Of a stretch of 64,000 bases of DNA, positions 42,259 through 52,123 are shown one piece after another (position 1 is the stretch's first letter; every line of letters begins with the position of its first letter). The stretch spans positions 64,001-128,000 of the forward strand of contig CAVTRY010000007.1 in the NCBI GenBank assembly GCA_963737265.1, given 5' to 3'. Source of the stretch: an uncultured delta proteobacterium. Its GTDB lineage: Bacteria > Myxococcota_A > Polyangia > Fen-1088. A model generated the notes under the pieces. It had not been told where the DNA came from. It saw only the letters and a list, made by a program, of their open reading frames with translations, and searched no databases. Made by a program: the position numbers and the translations under genes.

Positions 42259-44103
42259 CTAGTCGGCCGGCACCACTGCGGGATCGGGTGCAGCGGGTGC
42301 ACCTGCGCCCGCTGGCGCCGTGGCGGGCGCCGTCGTGCCTTGACCTTCAGTTCCCGTTCCCGTCTCCGGAGCCCCGCCAGTCTGCGGCGCCTCTTCCGGA
42401 GTGCCGGTCCGACCACATTTGTTAAGCAGCTTGTAGCGATAGTACCCAAGCTCGTCGCGCCAATACTCGCCCGTGAAGGGCCAGAACTGGTGCTCGTCGT
42501 CGACGTTGATCTTGCTCAGTTCCTGTGCCTTGTGCGATCTGTCGTGGGCCGACTCGGTACGAACGTCTTCCTCGGCTTGCTTCTTCTCGCCCTCGAGGAT
42601 TTCGTAGCGAATCTTGTTCACGCGGGTATTCAGCGCCGCGAATTCGCTCACCAGACGCTCGATGCGCTTGCGCGCCAGTTCACCGGCCTCATTTACCATA
42701 AGGGCGCGGTTCACGCCGATGTCGGAAAAGATGTTGTTGGCGACCGCCGTCGACTTCCAGGCCACGTCGGCCTTATCGTGCGCGGCAAGCTCCTTGTCGA
42801 GCTCGCGCACGTACTCGAAACGCTTGGCCAAGCTGCGGTCGGTGAGAACCGCGCGCGCCGCACGCTCGACGATACCTGGCAGCCCAGACCGGCCCATGCG
42901 GATCTTCACGGCGGCGTCGAAGAACTGGGCGTTGTCCGGGTTGTTCTTGAGCACCTTGTCGAGGCCATCCTTGACCTTCGGCACCGTCTCCAGGAACTCG
43001 TCGATAGCATCGCTCGCCCGATCGAACAGGCAGTTGTAGAAGTAGATGGTTGCCTTGACCGTCAAGGCCTCCGCGGCCGATTCGGGCTTGATGAAATACT
43101 CGAAGAAGGGCGCGCGCAGCGTGTGGATATTGCCCAATGCCTTCGAGTAACCTTGCTGCTTTAGCATGAAGTTTGCCCACGACGACTCGAACAAGCTGTT
43201 CGGCCAGTCGTAGGATTCAGGCGAGACGCGATCGAAATACTTGGTGGCCAGGACGAATTGTCCGGTCGAGTAAAAGACGCGCGCCAACGACAAATTCGCC
43301 AGATCCTGGAAGGGACGAATCTTGGGATCCGAGCTTTCCTCGGCGACGCGCAAGACTTCCTTGAATGCATCCACCGCCGGCTTCGCCGCGTACTCGCGGA
43401 CGTGCGTCGCTCCCTCGAAGAGCTTGGCCTGAACATAGAAGGGGCTCTTCGGATTCACCGCATTGAACAGATCCACGGCCTCCTTGAACTTGTTCTTGCC
43501 ATAGTTGTACTTGCCAAGAAGGAAGTAGAGTTCGTCGCGCACGGTCGCCAGCTGGGGATTCTCCAACTCGGCCCGGTCGTACTTGCCAATCTTCTCGAGC
43601 ACACCGGCGGAGTCGGGCACGTCACGCGTTAGCGCGGCCAGCCACTGCAAGGTTTCGTTGTAGTTGGGGTGCGAAGCCCCTTTTTGGACGATGCGGTCGA
43701 AGTAGCTGATGGCCGTGGAGTAGAAATGGAGCTTGTACAGCGTCTTGCCCATCTTGAACTCAGCCGTCTGCTTGCTGACTTCATCGCTGCCTGGCTCCTC
43801 GATGGCCTTGTTGTATTCGACGGAAGCCATGAGGTAGTCCTTGCGGTCGTAAAACTTATCGCCGCGCTCGATGGAGTCGGAACCGCCACCGGCCGTCAGC
43901 GGAGCCGCGCTCGTCTTGTTCCTCCGCTTGCCTGGCGCTGCCGACGTTGCGGGAGAATCTGGTCCCGGCGTCAGGGCAGGCGTCTTCTTCTTCTTCCTTT
44001 TCGTCTGCTGCTGATCGTCCGGCTGCTGCGCGGTGGCAATGGGCGCGACTGCCATGGTGACTGCGAATACGAGGAACAGAGCGCAACCCTTTTCACGGCT
44101 CAT
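42259..44103 (-). CDS. gltC: GltC-like periplasmic TPR protein
   Basis: Signal peptide; ALGNIHTL and HQFWPFTGEYWRDELGYY motifs. Confidence 0.82.
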   Translation of the reverse strand: MSREKGCALFLVFAVTMAVAPIATAQQPDDQQQTKRKKKKTPALTPGPDSPATSAAPGKRRNKTSAAPLTAGGGSDSIERGDKFYDRKDYLMASVEYNKAIEEPGSDEVSKQTAEFKMGKTLYKLHFYSTAISYFDRIVQKGASHPNYNETLQWLAALTRDVPDSAGVLEKIGKYDRAELENPQLATVRDELYFLLGKYNYGKNKFKEAVDLFNAVNPKSPFYVQAKLFEGATHVREYAAKPAVDAFKEVLRVAEESSDPKIRPFQDLANLSLARVFYSTGQFVLATKYFDRVSPESYDWPNSLFESSWANFMLKQQGYSKALGNIHTLRAPFFEYFIKPESAAEALTVKATIYFYNCLFDRASDAIDEFLETVPKVKDGLDKVLKNNPDNAQFFDAAVKIRMGRSGLPGIVERAARAVLTDRSLAKRFEYVRELDKELAAHDKADVAWKSTAVANNIFSDIGVNRALMVNEAGELARKRIERLVSEFAALNTRVNKIRYEILEGEKKQAEEDVRTESAHDRSHKAQELSKINVDDEHQFWPFTGEYWRDELGYYRYKLLNKCGRTGTPEEAPQTGGAPETGTGTEGQGTTAPATAPAGAGAPAAPDPAVVPAD

Positions 44104-44297
44104 GGATGGACCTCACTCGGTGGCGCCCGCCTGGCGGAGACTCGGCGGGCAAATGATGAAATGGCCTGCAAATTCCAACTCGGTTTCGCCTACCTGAACG
44201 CACAATTCGAAATAGATAGACATTCACGAACCGCCCGCCCGGTTTACTGCCGGAAGAGCGGCACATAAGCGTCGCCGATAGGCTATAAATCCGAGCC

Positions 44298-44326
44298 ATC
44301 CTAGGCAGGGCGATCTGCTGTGTCAA
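44298..44326 (-). promoter_or_regulatory. sigma70-type promoter for the gltC-G operon
   Basis: Minus strand TTGACA-N17-TAGGAT. Confidence 0.6.
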
Positions 44327-44408
44327 GCGAGAACCGTCCTGGAAGCTAGGTCTCTAACTTCGCGGATCCGCGGGGCAAAACGATACTGCATTACCATGCG
44401 ATTCCCTG

Positions 44409-44436
44409 TTGACAGGGTGCTTCGCCTGGCTAAGAT
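44409..44436 (+). promoter_or_regulatory. sigma70-type promoter for the cglC-like gene
   Basis: TTGACA-N16-TAAGAT. Confidence 0.55.
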
Positions 44437-44503
44437 GGGCGCCTTGGCGCCTAGCCCCGCTTGCAATCTGTTCGCGGCTTAGCCGGACGGAAGGAGTCAT
44501 TTG

Positions 44504-44992
44504 ATGAGCCAGAATCTGTGTGCCAAAACCTACATCCTGCGACCCATTGTCGTGCGGCTATCCCTATTCGGAACGTTGGCTTTGGCAGTCGTGGCGTTAG
44601 GAAACACTGGCTGCGAGGACAAGGCCATCGGGCGCCCCTGTGACCTTTTCACAGGTGATGCCGGCCTCACGCCATCTCAGGCACTCTACAACCCCCAGGC
44701 CCTGGAGTGCCCGAGCCGAATCTGCGTCAAGCCCGTTGCGCAGTCGACGACCGTCGACACCACGGCGCTATGCTCGGCCCCTTGCTCGCAGGACAGCGAT
44801 TGCGGCGGAGGTCAAACGCGTGACAACACCAACCAGTACGACAAGCGCTGCATCTCTGGTTTCGCATGCGCGATTCCGTTCATCACGGGCCCCATCTGCT
44901 GCCAGAAACTGTGCGTGTGCAAGGATTTCTATGGGTCTAGCATCACGACCCCGCCTGCCTGCCTGGGTGCCGGAGCTTCGACCTGCCAGTAG
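44504..44992 (+). CDS. Cys-rich lipoprotein, CglC/GltK-like
   Basis: Lipobox NTGC, IGRPC, ECPSRIC, CSQDSDC, CCQKLCVCKDF; divergent from gltC. Confidence 0.65.
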   Translation: MSQNLCAKTYILRPIVVRLSLFGTLALAVVALGNTGCEDKAIGRPCDLFTGDAGLTPSQALYNPQALECPSRICVKPVAQSTTVDTTALCSAPCSQDSDCGGGQTRDNTNQYDKRCISGFACAIPFITGPICCQKLCVCKDFYGSSITTPPACLGAGASTCQ

Positions 44993-45035
44993 AAGCGTCG
45001 TATTTCAGATAGCTTGACGGCAGACGCCGCCTTTG

Positions 45036-45425
45036 ATGCCTGGTCGTGTGCTTACCAAGAAGTTGGCGCTTGGACAGCGAGCCGAGCGGCTGGCCGCCGA
45101 CTATCTGGAACGGCGGGGCTATTCCATCCTCGCCCGCAATTGGCGTCGACCCGAAGGCGAGCTCGACTTGGTGGTCGGCAGCGAAGAGCTGTGCGTCTTC
45201 GTGGAGGTGCGCTCGCGCACCGGCGTGGACCGAGGTCATCCGCTGGAAACGATCGATGCGCGCAAGCGCGCCCGGGTTGTGCGGGCCGCAAGAATGTATC
45301 TAGATCAAGGAAACTCGTCGGCGCCGGTGTTCCGATTCGACGTCGTCTCGGTGACCTTCGCGCTCGACGAAAGCGCCCCCGAGATCATCCACGTCGAAGA
45401 CGCATTTCAGGCGGGATCGGCCTGA
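45036..45425 (+). CDS. yraN: YraN (UPF0102) family protein
   Basis: LGQRAE..A..YL...GY.IL.RNWR..GELDLV, FVEVRSR, RFDVV. Confidence 0.9.
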   Translation: MPGRVLTKKLALGQRAERLAADYLERRGYSILARNWRRPEGELDLVVGSEELCVFVEVRSRTGVDRGHPLETIDARKRARVVRAARMYLDQGNSSAPVFRFDVVSVTFALDESAPEIIHVEDAFQAGSA

Positions 45426-45584
45426 AGACGTGTCCATCAATCGCTCCCGTCGCCCGTCCGGCTGCGCAGCCCGCCCGCTTCGTGTCTCCTCGCTTACATA
45501 GCCCGCGCCATGCGCGCTCGTCGCGCCTCGCGGGCGGGCTTGCTCGCTCGGCCGGGGCTCGGTCTGCGGTTGATAGACACGTCT
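45426..45584 (+). mobile_element. MITE-like element, 159 bp, TGA target duplication
   Basis: 19-bp IRs AGACGTGTCYATCAAYCGC (17/19), internal IR GCCCGCCCGC/GCGGGCGGGC, TGA on both sides (45423-45425 is the yraN stop; 45585-45587). Confidence 0.7.
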
Positions 45585-45594
45585 TGAGCGAGCA

Positions 45595-45999
45595 CTAAAC
45601 GGGAACGACAGCCGGCGCGGGTGGCACGGGCGTCTCGACGGCGGTTTGGCTGCGCTCGCCTTTAATGCGGGCAGCCTTACCCTGCAGATTGCGCAAGTAG
45701 TTCAGACGCGCGCGACGGACGCGTCCCCGTTGCACGATCTCGATCTTCTCAATCCGGCTCGACTGAAGGGGAAAAATGCGCTCGACGCCAACGCCGTAGG
45801 AAACCTTGCGCACCGTGAACGATGCCAGCGAGGATCCGCTCCGCCTGTCGATCACCACGCCCTCGAAAATCTGGACGCGCTCCTTGTCGCCTTCCTTGAT
45901 AAGCGTGTGCACCTTGACGCTGTCGCCGGAGCGAAACTCCGGGATGTTGTCACGGCGGAACGAACTTTCGATTTCTCGGATTAGGGGGTGGGTGCTCAT
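45595..45999 (-). CDS. rplS: 50S ribosomal protein L19
   Basis: [47 protein letters not shown]. Confidence 0.97.
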   Translation of the reverse strand: MSTHPLIREIESSFRRDNIPEFRSGDSVKVHTLIKEGDKERVQIFEGVVIDRRSGSSLASFTVRKVSYGVGVERIFPLQSSRIEKIEIVQRGRVRRARLNYLRNLQGKAARIKGERSQTAVETPVPPAPAVVPV

Positions 46000-46111
46000 G
46001 GTGCCGCTCTTCGATGAAGGGGGTACTTACTACGCGGAAGGCGGCCCTTAGTCAATATGGACCGACAAGTTTACGCATCTTTGCGCCCAGACCGCGTACC
46101 TGCTTCGGCGC

Positions 46112-46918
46112 TCAACCTTGCGAATACGGCTTGCCCCGCGGCTTAGCCTTACCCTTTGCGCGGTCGCCGTCGAGCAGGTATTTTTCCTCCTCGGTCAGCG
46201 GAGAGCGCGCGTAGAGATCCGGCCTGCGCATGCCGGTCCTGCGCAACGCCTCCACCCGGCGAAAGCGGGCGACTTGAGCGTGATTTCCCGACAAGAGGAC
46301 CTCGGGAACATCCCTACCGCGAAAGGATGGCGGCCGCGTCCACTGCGGATATTCGAGGCGCCCGGTCGAGAACGACTCATCCACGGTGGACGCCTCGCAC
46401 CCGAGCACGCCTGGTACCAGGCGCGCCGTAGCTTCGACTACGACCGCGGCCGCCATCTCCCCGCCGGCAAGCACATAGTCGCCGATGCTGACGACCTCGT
46501 CGGCGAAGAGATCGGCAATCCGCTCGTCCACGCCCTCATAACGTCCGCAGATCAGCATCAGTCGTCCGCGGCGGGCAAAATCCACGGCCAGCGCCTGATC
46601 GAACAGTCTCCCCGATGGCGACAACAACACGCGATAGGCTCTCCCGCGCGCGGCTTCAGCCGCCTCGATGGCTGCCGCGACCGGCTCGGGACGCAGCACC
46701 ATGCCCGGGCCGCCGCCATAGCATGCATCGTCCACCTTGCGATGTCGGCCTTGGGCGAAATCCCGCGGGCTCGTGCGCGTCACCCGAACGATGCCGCTTT
46801 CAACCGCCTTGCCGAGCAAGCTCGTGCACAGAAATGAAGCGAATATCTCCGGGAACAGCGAAACGATCTCCACGTCAAGGAGCGGTGTGGGCGAAAAAGG
46901 AGCGTCCTTCTCACTCAT
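46112..46918 (-). CDS. trmD: tRNA (guanine-N1)-methyltransferase
   Basis: YGGGPGM, CGRYEGVDER, SIGDYVLAGGE, LEYPQWTRP, LLSGNH. Confidence 0.96.
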   Translation of the reverse strand: MSEKDAPFSPTPLLDVEIVSLFPEIFASFLCTSLLGKAVESGIVRVTRTSPRDFAQGRHRKVDDACYGGGPGMVLRPEPVAAAIEAAEAARGRAYRVLLSPSGRLFDQALAVDFARRGRLMLICGRYEGVDERIADLFADEVVSIGDYVLAGGEMAAAVVVEATARLVPGVLGCEASTVDESFSTGRLEYPQWTRPPSFRGRDVPEVLLSGNHAQVARFRRVEALRRTGMRRPDLYARSPLTEEEKYLLDGDRAKGKAKPRGKPYSQG

Positions 46919-47444
46919 CCGCATCCAAGACCAGACGACGATTCACGACTTCAAAATGACGAATATACTGCGCCACCGCCGGCACCAGCCGCTCGGTGCC
47001 GTCATCGGCGACAATCGTCATGACGTCGTGAGCTCCATTCCAGAAAGTACTGACCACTCGGCCCAGCCGCCGTCCATCCGGAAGAAAGACGTCGCAGCCC
47101 GCCAAGTCCTCCACAAAAAATTCAGCTTCGCCTAGCGGGCCGAAAAGCGACCTCGGCAAGTGAAGCTGGCGGCCGACCATCGCCGCGACCGATTCGCGGG
47201 ATTCCGCACCCGCGAATCGAACCAGAAATCCTCCGTGCACCGGCCTTATGGCGACGATGTCGGCCGCCGCGCACTCCTCGGCCCTCACCACTTGCACTGG
47301 GAGCGGAAGAGCCCATGCCACGGTTCCCGCGCCCTTTTGGTTGAACGGGCAAAGGAGGATCTCGCCCTTCGTCCCGTGGGGACGTCCGAGAGTACCAAAG
47401 GGCAGCCAACCCGATCCCATGCGGTGAAACGCTGGGCTCGCCAC
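46911..47444 (-). CDS. rimM: 16S rRNA processing protein RimM
   Basis: GRPHGTKGE, EFFVEDLAG, GAHDV, LVPAV; operon context. Confidence 0.9.
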   Translation of the reverse strand: MASPAFHRMGSGWLPFGTLGRPHGTKGEILLCPFNQKGAGTVAWALPLPVQVVRAEECAAADIVAIRPVHGGFLVRFAGAESRESVAAMVGRQLHLPRSLFGPLGEAEFFVEDLAGCDVFLPDGRRLGRVVSTFWNGAHDVMTIVADDGTERLVPAVAQYIRHFEVVNRRLVLDADE

Positions 47445-47456
47445 GTTGGCCGAATA

Positions 47457-47744
47457 CTAGTCCTCGAGAATTTCGAGGATCGCCCGTCGCTGCATCTTGG
47501 CGGAAGCCGCCGAGAGCACGGTCCGCAGGGCCTTCGCCGTGCGCCCTTGGCGACCGATGACACGCCCAAGATCGGATTCCGCAACCTTGAGCTCGAACAC
47601 CGTCGCATCAGGTTCTTCCACCTCTTCAACCACCACCTCGTCGGGATGTTCCACCAGCGCGCGCGCAAGGTAGAGAACGAGCTCGCGCAAGGCCGGCGCC
47701 TTGCCGGACGGTGCGATGGAGGGGGATGGATCGCCCTCAGTCAC
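47457..47744 (-). CDS. khpA: KH-domain RNA-binding protein
   Basis: DLGRVIGRQGRTAKALR, between rpsP and rimM. Confidence 0.9.
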   Translation of the reverse strand: MTEGDPSPSIAPSGKAPALRELVLYLARALVEHPDEVVVEEVEEPDATVFELKVAESDLGRVIGRQGRTAKALRTVLSAASAKMQRRAILEILED

Positions 47745-47748
47745 GGCA

Positions 47749-48015
47749 TCACGGCTTGGCTGGAGCGGCTTCGGCGGAACGCCGAGCCTTCTTGATTAAC
47801 TGACCAACGGTTTCACTCGGCACCGCGCCGGAGGCAAGCCAGTGATCCAGTCTCGCAAGGTCGAATTTGACCTTGGGTGGGTCCTGTCTTGGATCGTACG
47901 TGCCAATTTGTTCGATCAGCCGGCCATCGCGCGGACTTCGTTCATCAGCGGCAACAACGCGGTAGTGGGGAGACTTCTTGCCTCCGCAACGGGTGAGTCT
48001 TAGTGTGACGGCCAT
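47749..48015 (-). CDS. rpsP: 30S ribosomal protein S16
   Basis: MAVTLRLTR.G.KK.PHYRVVAAD.RSPRDG..IEQIGTYDP. Confidence 0.97.
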   Translation of the reverse strand: MAVTLRLTRCGGKKSPHYRVVAADERSPRDGRLIEQIGTYDPRQDPPKVKFDLARLDHWLASGAVPSETVGQLIKKARRSAEAAPAKP

Positions 48016-48201
48016 GATCTGAATTCCTTGTCAGCTCGTCGTGAGCCAGCGGGTGAGAGTGATAATAACGCAGTTAATTGTCAAGACGAAGGTGCTTATT
48101 TCTGGAAAGTACGATTTCCGCGACCCTGCTGCCCGTGCGCGTCGCATCGCGATTCATGGTTTAGACAGATGCGACTGAATGTGGGAGTTTTGCTCGCGCC
48201 G

Positions 48202-49884
48202 ATGCGTAAGTCCCATTGTCGCATATTATTGTCGATATTGCCCGTGCTTCTGGCCGGCTACGCGGGCGCGCGCGCCGAGCCGACCGAGCGTCGCGCGGTG
48301 ATCTTCTACACCGCGGAAACCCACGGGGTTCTCGAACCTTGCGGCTGCACCAGCGACCCGCTGGGCGATTTCGCCCGCGTGACCGCTCTGATTCGTAGTG
48401 CTGCCGGACGCAAGAAATCCGCCTTGTTGGTCGACGCGGGGAACCTGACCTACCCGAGGTCCAGCCTCGAAGCAACTGCCGCCGAGGCCTGGGCGTCGGA
48501 GCGAAGACAGCCGGCGGCGGAGCTGCAAGCGAAGTTCATCGCACGCGAGATCGGCAAACTTCCCTTCGGTGGCGCTGCCCTCGGCGAAACCGATCTTGCC
48601 AGGGGCGTTACAGGGGTCGAACCCAAGCGCCTGGCCGCAAATCTGACAAACGCATCCCTGACCGAGCCTTCGCGCGTGGTCGAGGTAGGAGCCATCAAAA
48701 TCGGCGTGCTCGGCGTCGTGGATCCCAATCTCGCACGTGCCATGGGCCTTGCAGCGACGGAGCCCGTCGCGGCGGCACGGGACGAAGTGGCACGATTGCG
48801 GGCCGCGGGAGCCGAACTGGTCGTCCTGCTCGCCCCGGTCGAAAGGCAGGTCGCCCGTCGTTTCGCTCGTTACGTGGGCGCCGATGTCGTGGTGGTCGGC
48901 AAGAAGGTCGGCGACGGCATGGCCACCGCCGAGCGCGTGGGAGCTGCGATTCTCGTCGCGCCCGGCGAAGAATTGCAGCGCGTGGGCCGTCTGGAAATCG
49001 TCCTGCGCAGCAAGGCACGTCGCACGCCCAGCGACAACCTCGTCGATGCTGGAAGCGCGGAGCAAGCGAATGCACGCATGGCGGAGCTCGACCGCAACCT
49101 CGCCCAGCTTGAAGCCGACCTCGCGCGCTGGCGCAAGGACGCGAGTTCGGATCAGGCCTTCATCTCAGCCAAGGTCCGCCAGCGCGACGAGCTTCGCAGC
49201 GAGCGTGTCCGGCTTGGCGAAAGAAAATGGCGGCCGCCCGCCACCGGCTCGTATTTCACCAACGTACTCATCCCGATTCGGCGCGCCCTGCCGCGCGATC
49301 CAGCCCTGTCCGCCAGCATGCGCCGTCTCGATCAAGCGATCGGCGCGGCCAATCTTCGCGTGGCCGAGCCGCCGACGCCGGCCGGAGCTGACCGCGCCTT
49401 CTATGTGGGCGGGGAAAAGTGCGTCTCGTGTCACAAGGCGGCGGCTCGTTTCTGGAAAAATACCGTCCACGCCCACGCCTGGAAAACCCTGGTCGACGTC
49501 GGCAAAGAGGCGCACGACGACTGCGTGAGCTGTCACGTGACCGGCTACGGCGAGGTGGGCGGATCGAGCCTCGGCTTCACCCACGGGCTGGAAGACATCC
49601 AGTGCGAGGTCTGCCACGGACCTGGCTCGATCCACCTCGACAATCACGGCAAGGAAACTCCCTTCGCCGGGCGCCTAAAGACGCCTGAGTCGGTCTGCCT
49701 TCACTGCCACAACGAAAAACACTCCGACACGTTCGACTACACCGCCTACCTGCGCGACGTCCTCGGGCCCGGCCACGGCGAGGATGCGCGCGACAAGCTG
49801 GGCGCTGGCCCGACCGGCAAAGAGCTGCGCCGAGTGGCCCGGACGCACGCCCGCGCGGCTTCGAACGCCCGCGGCAGACGCTAA
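48202..49884 (+). CDS. UshA/5'-nucleotidase-like N-domain fused to a tetraheme (c554-like) cytochrome
   Basis: Signal peptide; GVLEPCGC, LLVDAGN; four CxxCH motifs (CVSCH, CVSCH, CEVCH, CLHCH). Confidence 0.8.
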   Translation: MRKSHCRILLSILPVLLAGYAGARAEPTERRAVIFYTAETHGVLEPCGCTSDPLGDFARVTALIRSAAGRKKSALLVDAGNLTYPRSSLEATAAEAWASERRQPAAELQAKFIAREIGKLPFGGAALGETDLARGVTGVEPKRLAANLTNASLTEPSRVVEVGAIKIGVLGVVDPNLARAMGLAATEPVAAARDEVARLRAAGAELVVLLAPVERQVARRFARYVGADVVVVGKKVGDGMATAERVGAAILVAPGEELQRVGRLEIVLRSKARRTPSDNLVDAGSAEQANARMAELDRNLAQLEADLARWRKDASSDQAFISAKVRQRDELRSERVRLGERKWRPPATGSYFTNVLIPIRRALPRDPALSASMRRLDQAIGAANLRVAEPPTPAGADRAFYVGGEKCVSCHKAAARFWKNTVHAHAWKTLVDVGKEAHDDCVSCHVTGYGEVGGSSLGFTHGLEDIQCEVCHGPGSIHLDNHGKETPFAGRLKTPESVCLHCHNEKHSDTFDYTAYLRDVLGPGHGEDARDKLGAGPTGKELRRVARTHARAASNARGRR

Positions 49885-49936
49885 CGCCGCCGGCGAGCCG
49901 TAGCGTTCGCGACCCCGCGCTGGTAGATCCAGGGCC

Positions 49937-51022
49937 ATGCTAGATGTATCCATCGACCGCTTGGTTCGCGGCGGCCAAGTCGAAGGAAGTCGCGCGGCAC
50001 GGACGACGTGGCTATGGGACGAGATCCGCCGCATCAAGAAGGAAAAGCGCGCCTTCGTTCCAGCCCACAACTACCAGGTGCCCGAGGTGCAGGCGATCGC
50101 CGACACCGTCGGCGACTCCTTCGAGCTTGCGGTTCGCGCGCGCGATGTCGACGCGAACCTAGTCGTGTTCTGCGGCGTCCGTTTCATGGCCGAGGGCTGC
50201 TACACCCTCGCGCCGCATTTGCCGGTCTACCTGCCGAGCCAGCGCGCGCTCTGCTCGCTGGCCGATGTGGATTCGAGCGAGCTCGAAGAGCGGCAGGACT
50301 TTCTGCGCAGCCTTGGCCGCAAGTTCGCCACCATGACCTACGTCAACACCTACGCCGACGTGAAGGCGCTCTCCGACGCCTGTTGCACGAGCTCGAACGC
50401 GGTGAAAATCGCCGAAAAGCTAGGCGCCCCCGATATTCTCTTCGTGCCGGACCAAAACCTCGCCTACCAGGTTGCCATCAAGACCAAGCGCATGTACCTG
50501 CCACCGCCCGATCCGCACGCGTTTCATCCCAAGGAATACCTCGAACGCATCGAACCGCTGCTGCGCGAAGGGCAACGGCAGGGCTTGGTCGGCAACGTGT
50601 TTGCCTGGGAAGGGGCGTGCCACGTGCATCACGCCATGACCGTCGCCGACATCGCGGCCATCCGCCGCGAGGATCCGCTGGCCGTGGTCATCGTGCATGG
50701 CGAGGTGAAACCCGAGCTGCAGAAGGCCGCCGACGAAGTGATGTCCACCTCTCAGATGGCGAAATACGTCGAGGCCCATCCGGAAAAAACGCGCCTGGCG
50801 ATTCTGACCGAGTGCGGGCTGGTGGTGCGCCTGGAGCTGGAATACCCGGAGAAACAGTTCTACAAGCCATGCCGCCTGTGCGAGCACATGAAGGCCATCG
50901 ACTTGGAAAATGTCTACCTGACCCTGCGCGACGAGCCGGCCGAATGCCGTGTCACCGTTCCCGAAGATGTCCGCGTGGGTGCCGCGCGCGCCATGATGAG
51001 AATGATCGAGCTCGCCTCGTAG
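49937..51022 (+). CDS. nadA: Quinolinate synthase
   Basis: AHNYQ, GDSFEL, FCGVRFMAE, CSLA, TYVNT, TSSNA, FVPDQNL, CHVH, CEHMK. Confidence 0.93.
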   Translation: MLDVSIDRLVRGGQVEGSRAARTTWLWDEIRRIKKEKRAFVPAHNYQVPEVQAIADTVGDSFELAVRARDVDANLVVFCGVRFMAEGCYTLAPHLPVYLPSQRALCSLADVDSSELEERQDFLRSLGRKFATMTYVNTYADVKALSDACCTSSNAVKIAEKLGAPDILFVPDQNLAYQVAIKTKRMYLPPPDPHAFHPKEYLERIEPLLREGQRQGLVGNVFAWEGACHVHHAMTVADIAAIRREDPLAVVIVHGEVKPELQKAADEVMSTSQMAKYVEAHPEKTRLAILTECGLVVRLELEYPEKQFYKPCRLCEHMKAIDLENVYLTLRDEPAECRVTVPEDVRVGAARAMMRMIELAS

Positions 51023-51028
51023 AAGCGA

Positions 51029-52081
51029 CTATGGGAAATAGAAGACATTCTCGGCGCCAAAGGTAGCCACCAGGGCGTCGACGTAGCTGCGCACATAGTC
51101 CCGCCGAGAAACGACGGCGCGAATTTCCGCCTTGGTCAGGATCTCGTAGTCGCCCTCGGACGCCTGCGCCAGCACGCGCGCCAGCGTATCCTCGGAAATC
51201 CGATCGAGGGCCTGATAGAGCCGCCGGGAAAGACGCTGCACGCGCCCGAGCGCGGTCCGCGTCTTTTCGTTGCCCTGGGATTCGATGAAGAACGACATCG
51301 TGTTGTCCATGAAGAGCAGGCGCGAGCCGTCTTGGTTGGTCAGCATATTGCCGCCGCTGTAGCGATCCGGGTTGTTGGTTAGAAAGTCGAACACCAGCAT
51401 GTCGGAAAGCTGCGCCGCGAGCGCGTGCTTCGGCGCGGGAATGGGCTGACCTTGCGATAGCCACTGCGTGCTCTGGCGGATGCCGTCCGGCGTGTCGAGG
51501 CCCGAATCCTTGATCACGGGAACCCAATACATCATCACGCCCGCCGTGTTGCCGCGCGGATCGAAAATGGTTTCGGCGCGAATGCGGGGAAGCATGGACA
51601 CGGTGTCCGGGTGCAGGTGCGTGAACATCTCGGCGTGGCTGACCATTCTCGGCGTGGCGGGTGGAACCGCGCTGAGCCCGAGCAGGCGGCCCAGGCGATA
51701 GGCGGCGACCTCCTTGCGCGGGATGGTTTGCAGATTGGTCTGCGCCGGCTTGAACGCCGCCCGCGAGCCATCGGCAAAATCCACTCGGAACGACAGCGAC
51801 GATCCGCCCTTGTTGAACTTCATGCGCGCGATGGGCTGGCTGCGCAGGCGTGCGATGAGAAAATCGTCCTCCATACCCATGAACGTCCCCGCCGACTCTT
51901 GCGTGATGGCCGGGCTCGGCGGCGGCGGATTCGCGCTGCGTGCGGCCAGACTTCGGGCAGCGATTTTTCCCCGGTGCGCGGTGGCCAGGCGAACCATGCC
52001 ACGAACCGCGAAACCAAGTCCCAGCAACGCCACGCCGAAAACGAGGCTTTCCGCGAGTAGGTAGCGCTGGATCCGCATCAT
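51029..52081 (-). CDS. Membrane-anchored Fam20/four-jointed-like atypical kinase
   Basis: N-terminal TM; KGGSS, AAFKP, EVAAYRLGRLLG, VFDFLTNNPDR, LLFMDN. Confidence 0.65.
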   Translation of the reverse strand: MMRIQRYLLAESLVFGVALLGLGFAVRGMVRLATAHRGKIAARSLAARSANPPPPSPAITQESAGTFMGMEDDFLIARLRSQPIARMKFNKGGSSLSFRVDFADGSRAAFKPAQTNLQTIPRKEVAAYRLGRLLGLSAVPPATPRMVSHAEMFTHLHPDTVSMLPRIRAETIFDPRGNTAGVMMYWVPVIKDSGLDTPDGIRQSTQWLSQGQPIPAPKHALAAQLSDMLVFDFLTNNPDRYSGGNMLTNQDGSRLLFMDNTMSFFIESQGNEKTRTALGRVQRLSRRLYQALDRISEDTLARVLAQASEGDYEILTKAEIRAVVSRRDYVRSYVDALVATFGAENVFYFP

Positions 52082-52123
52082 GGATTGCCGTACCCCAAGG
52101 TCAGGCCCACAAGCCGCGAGTGC

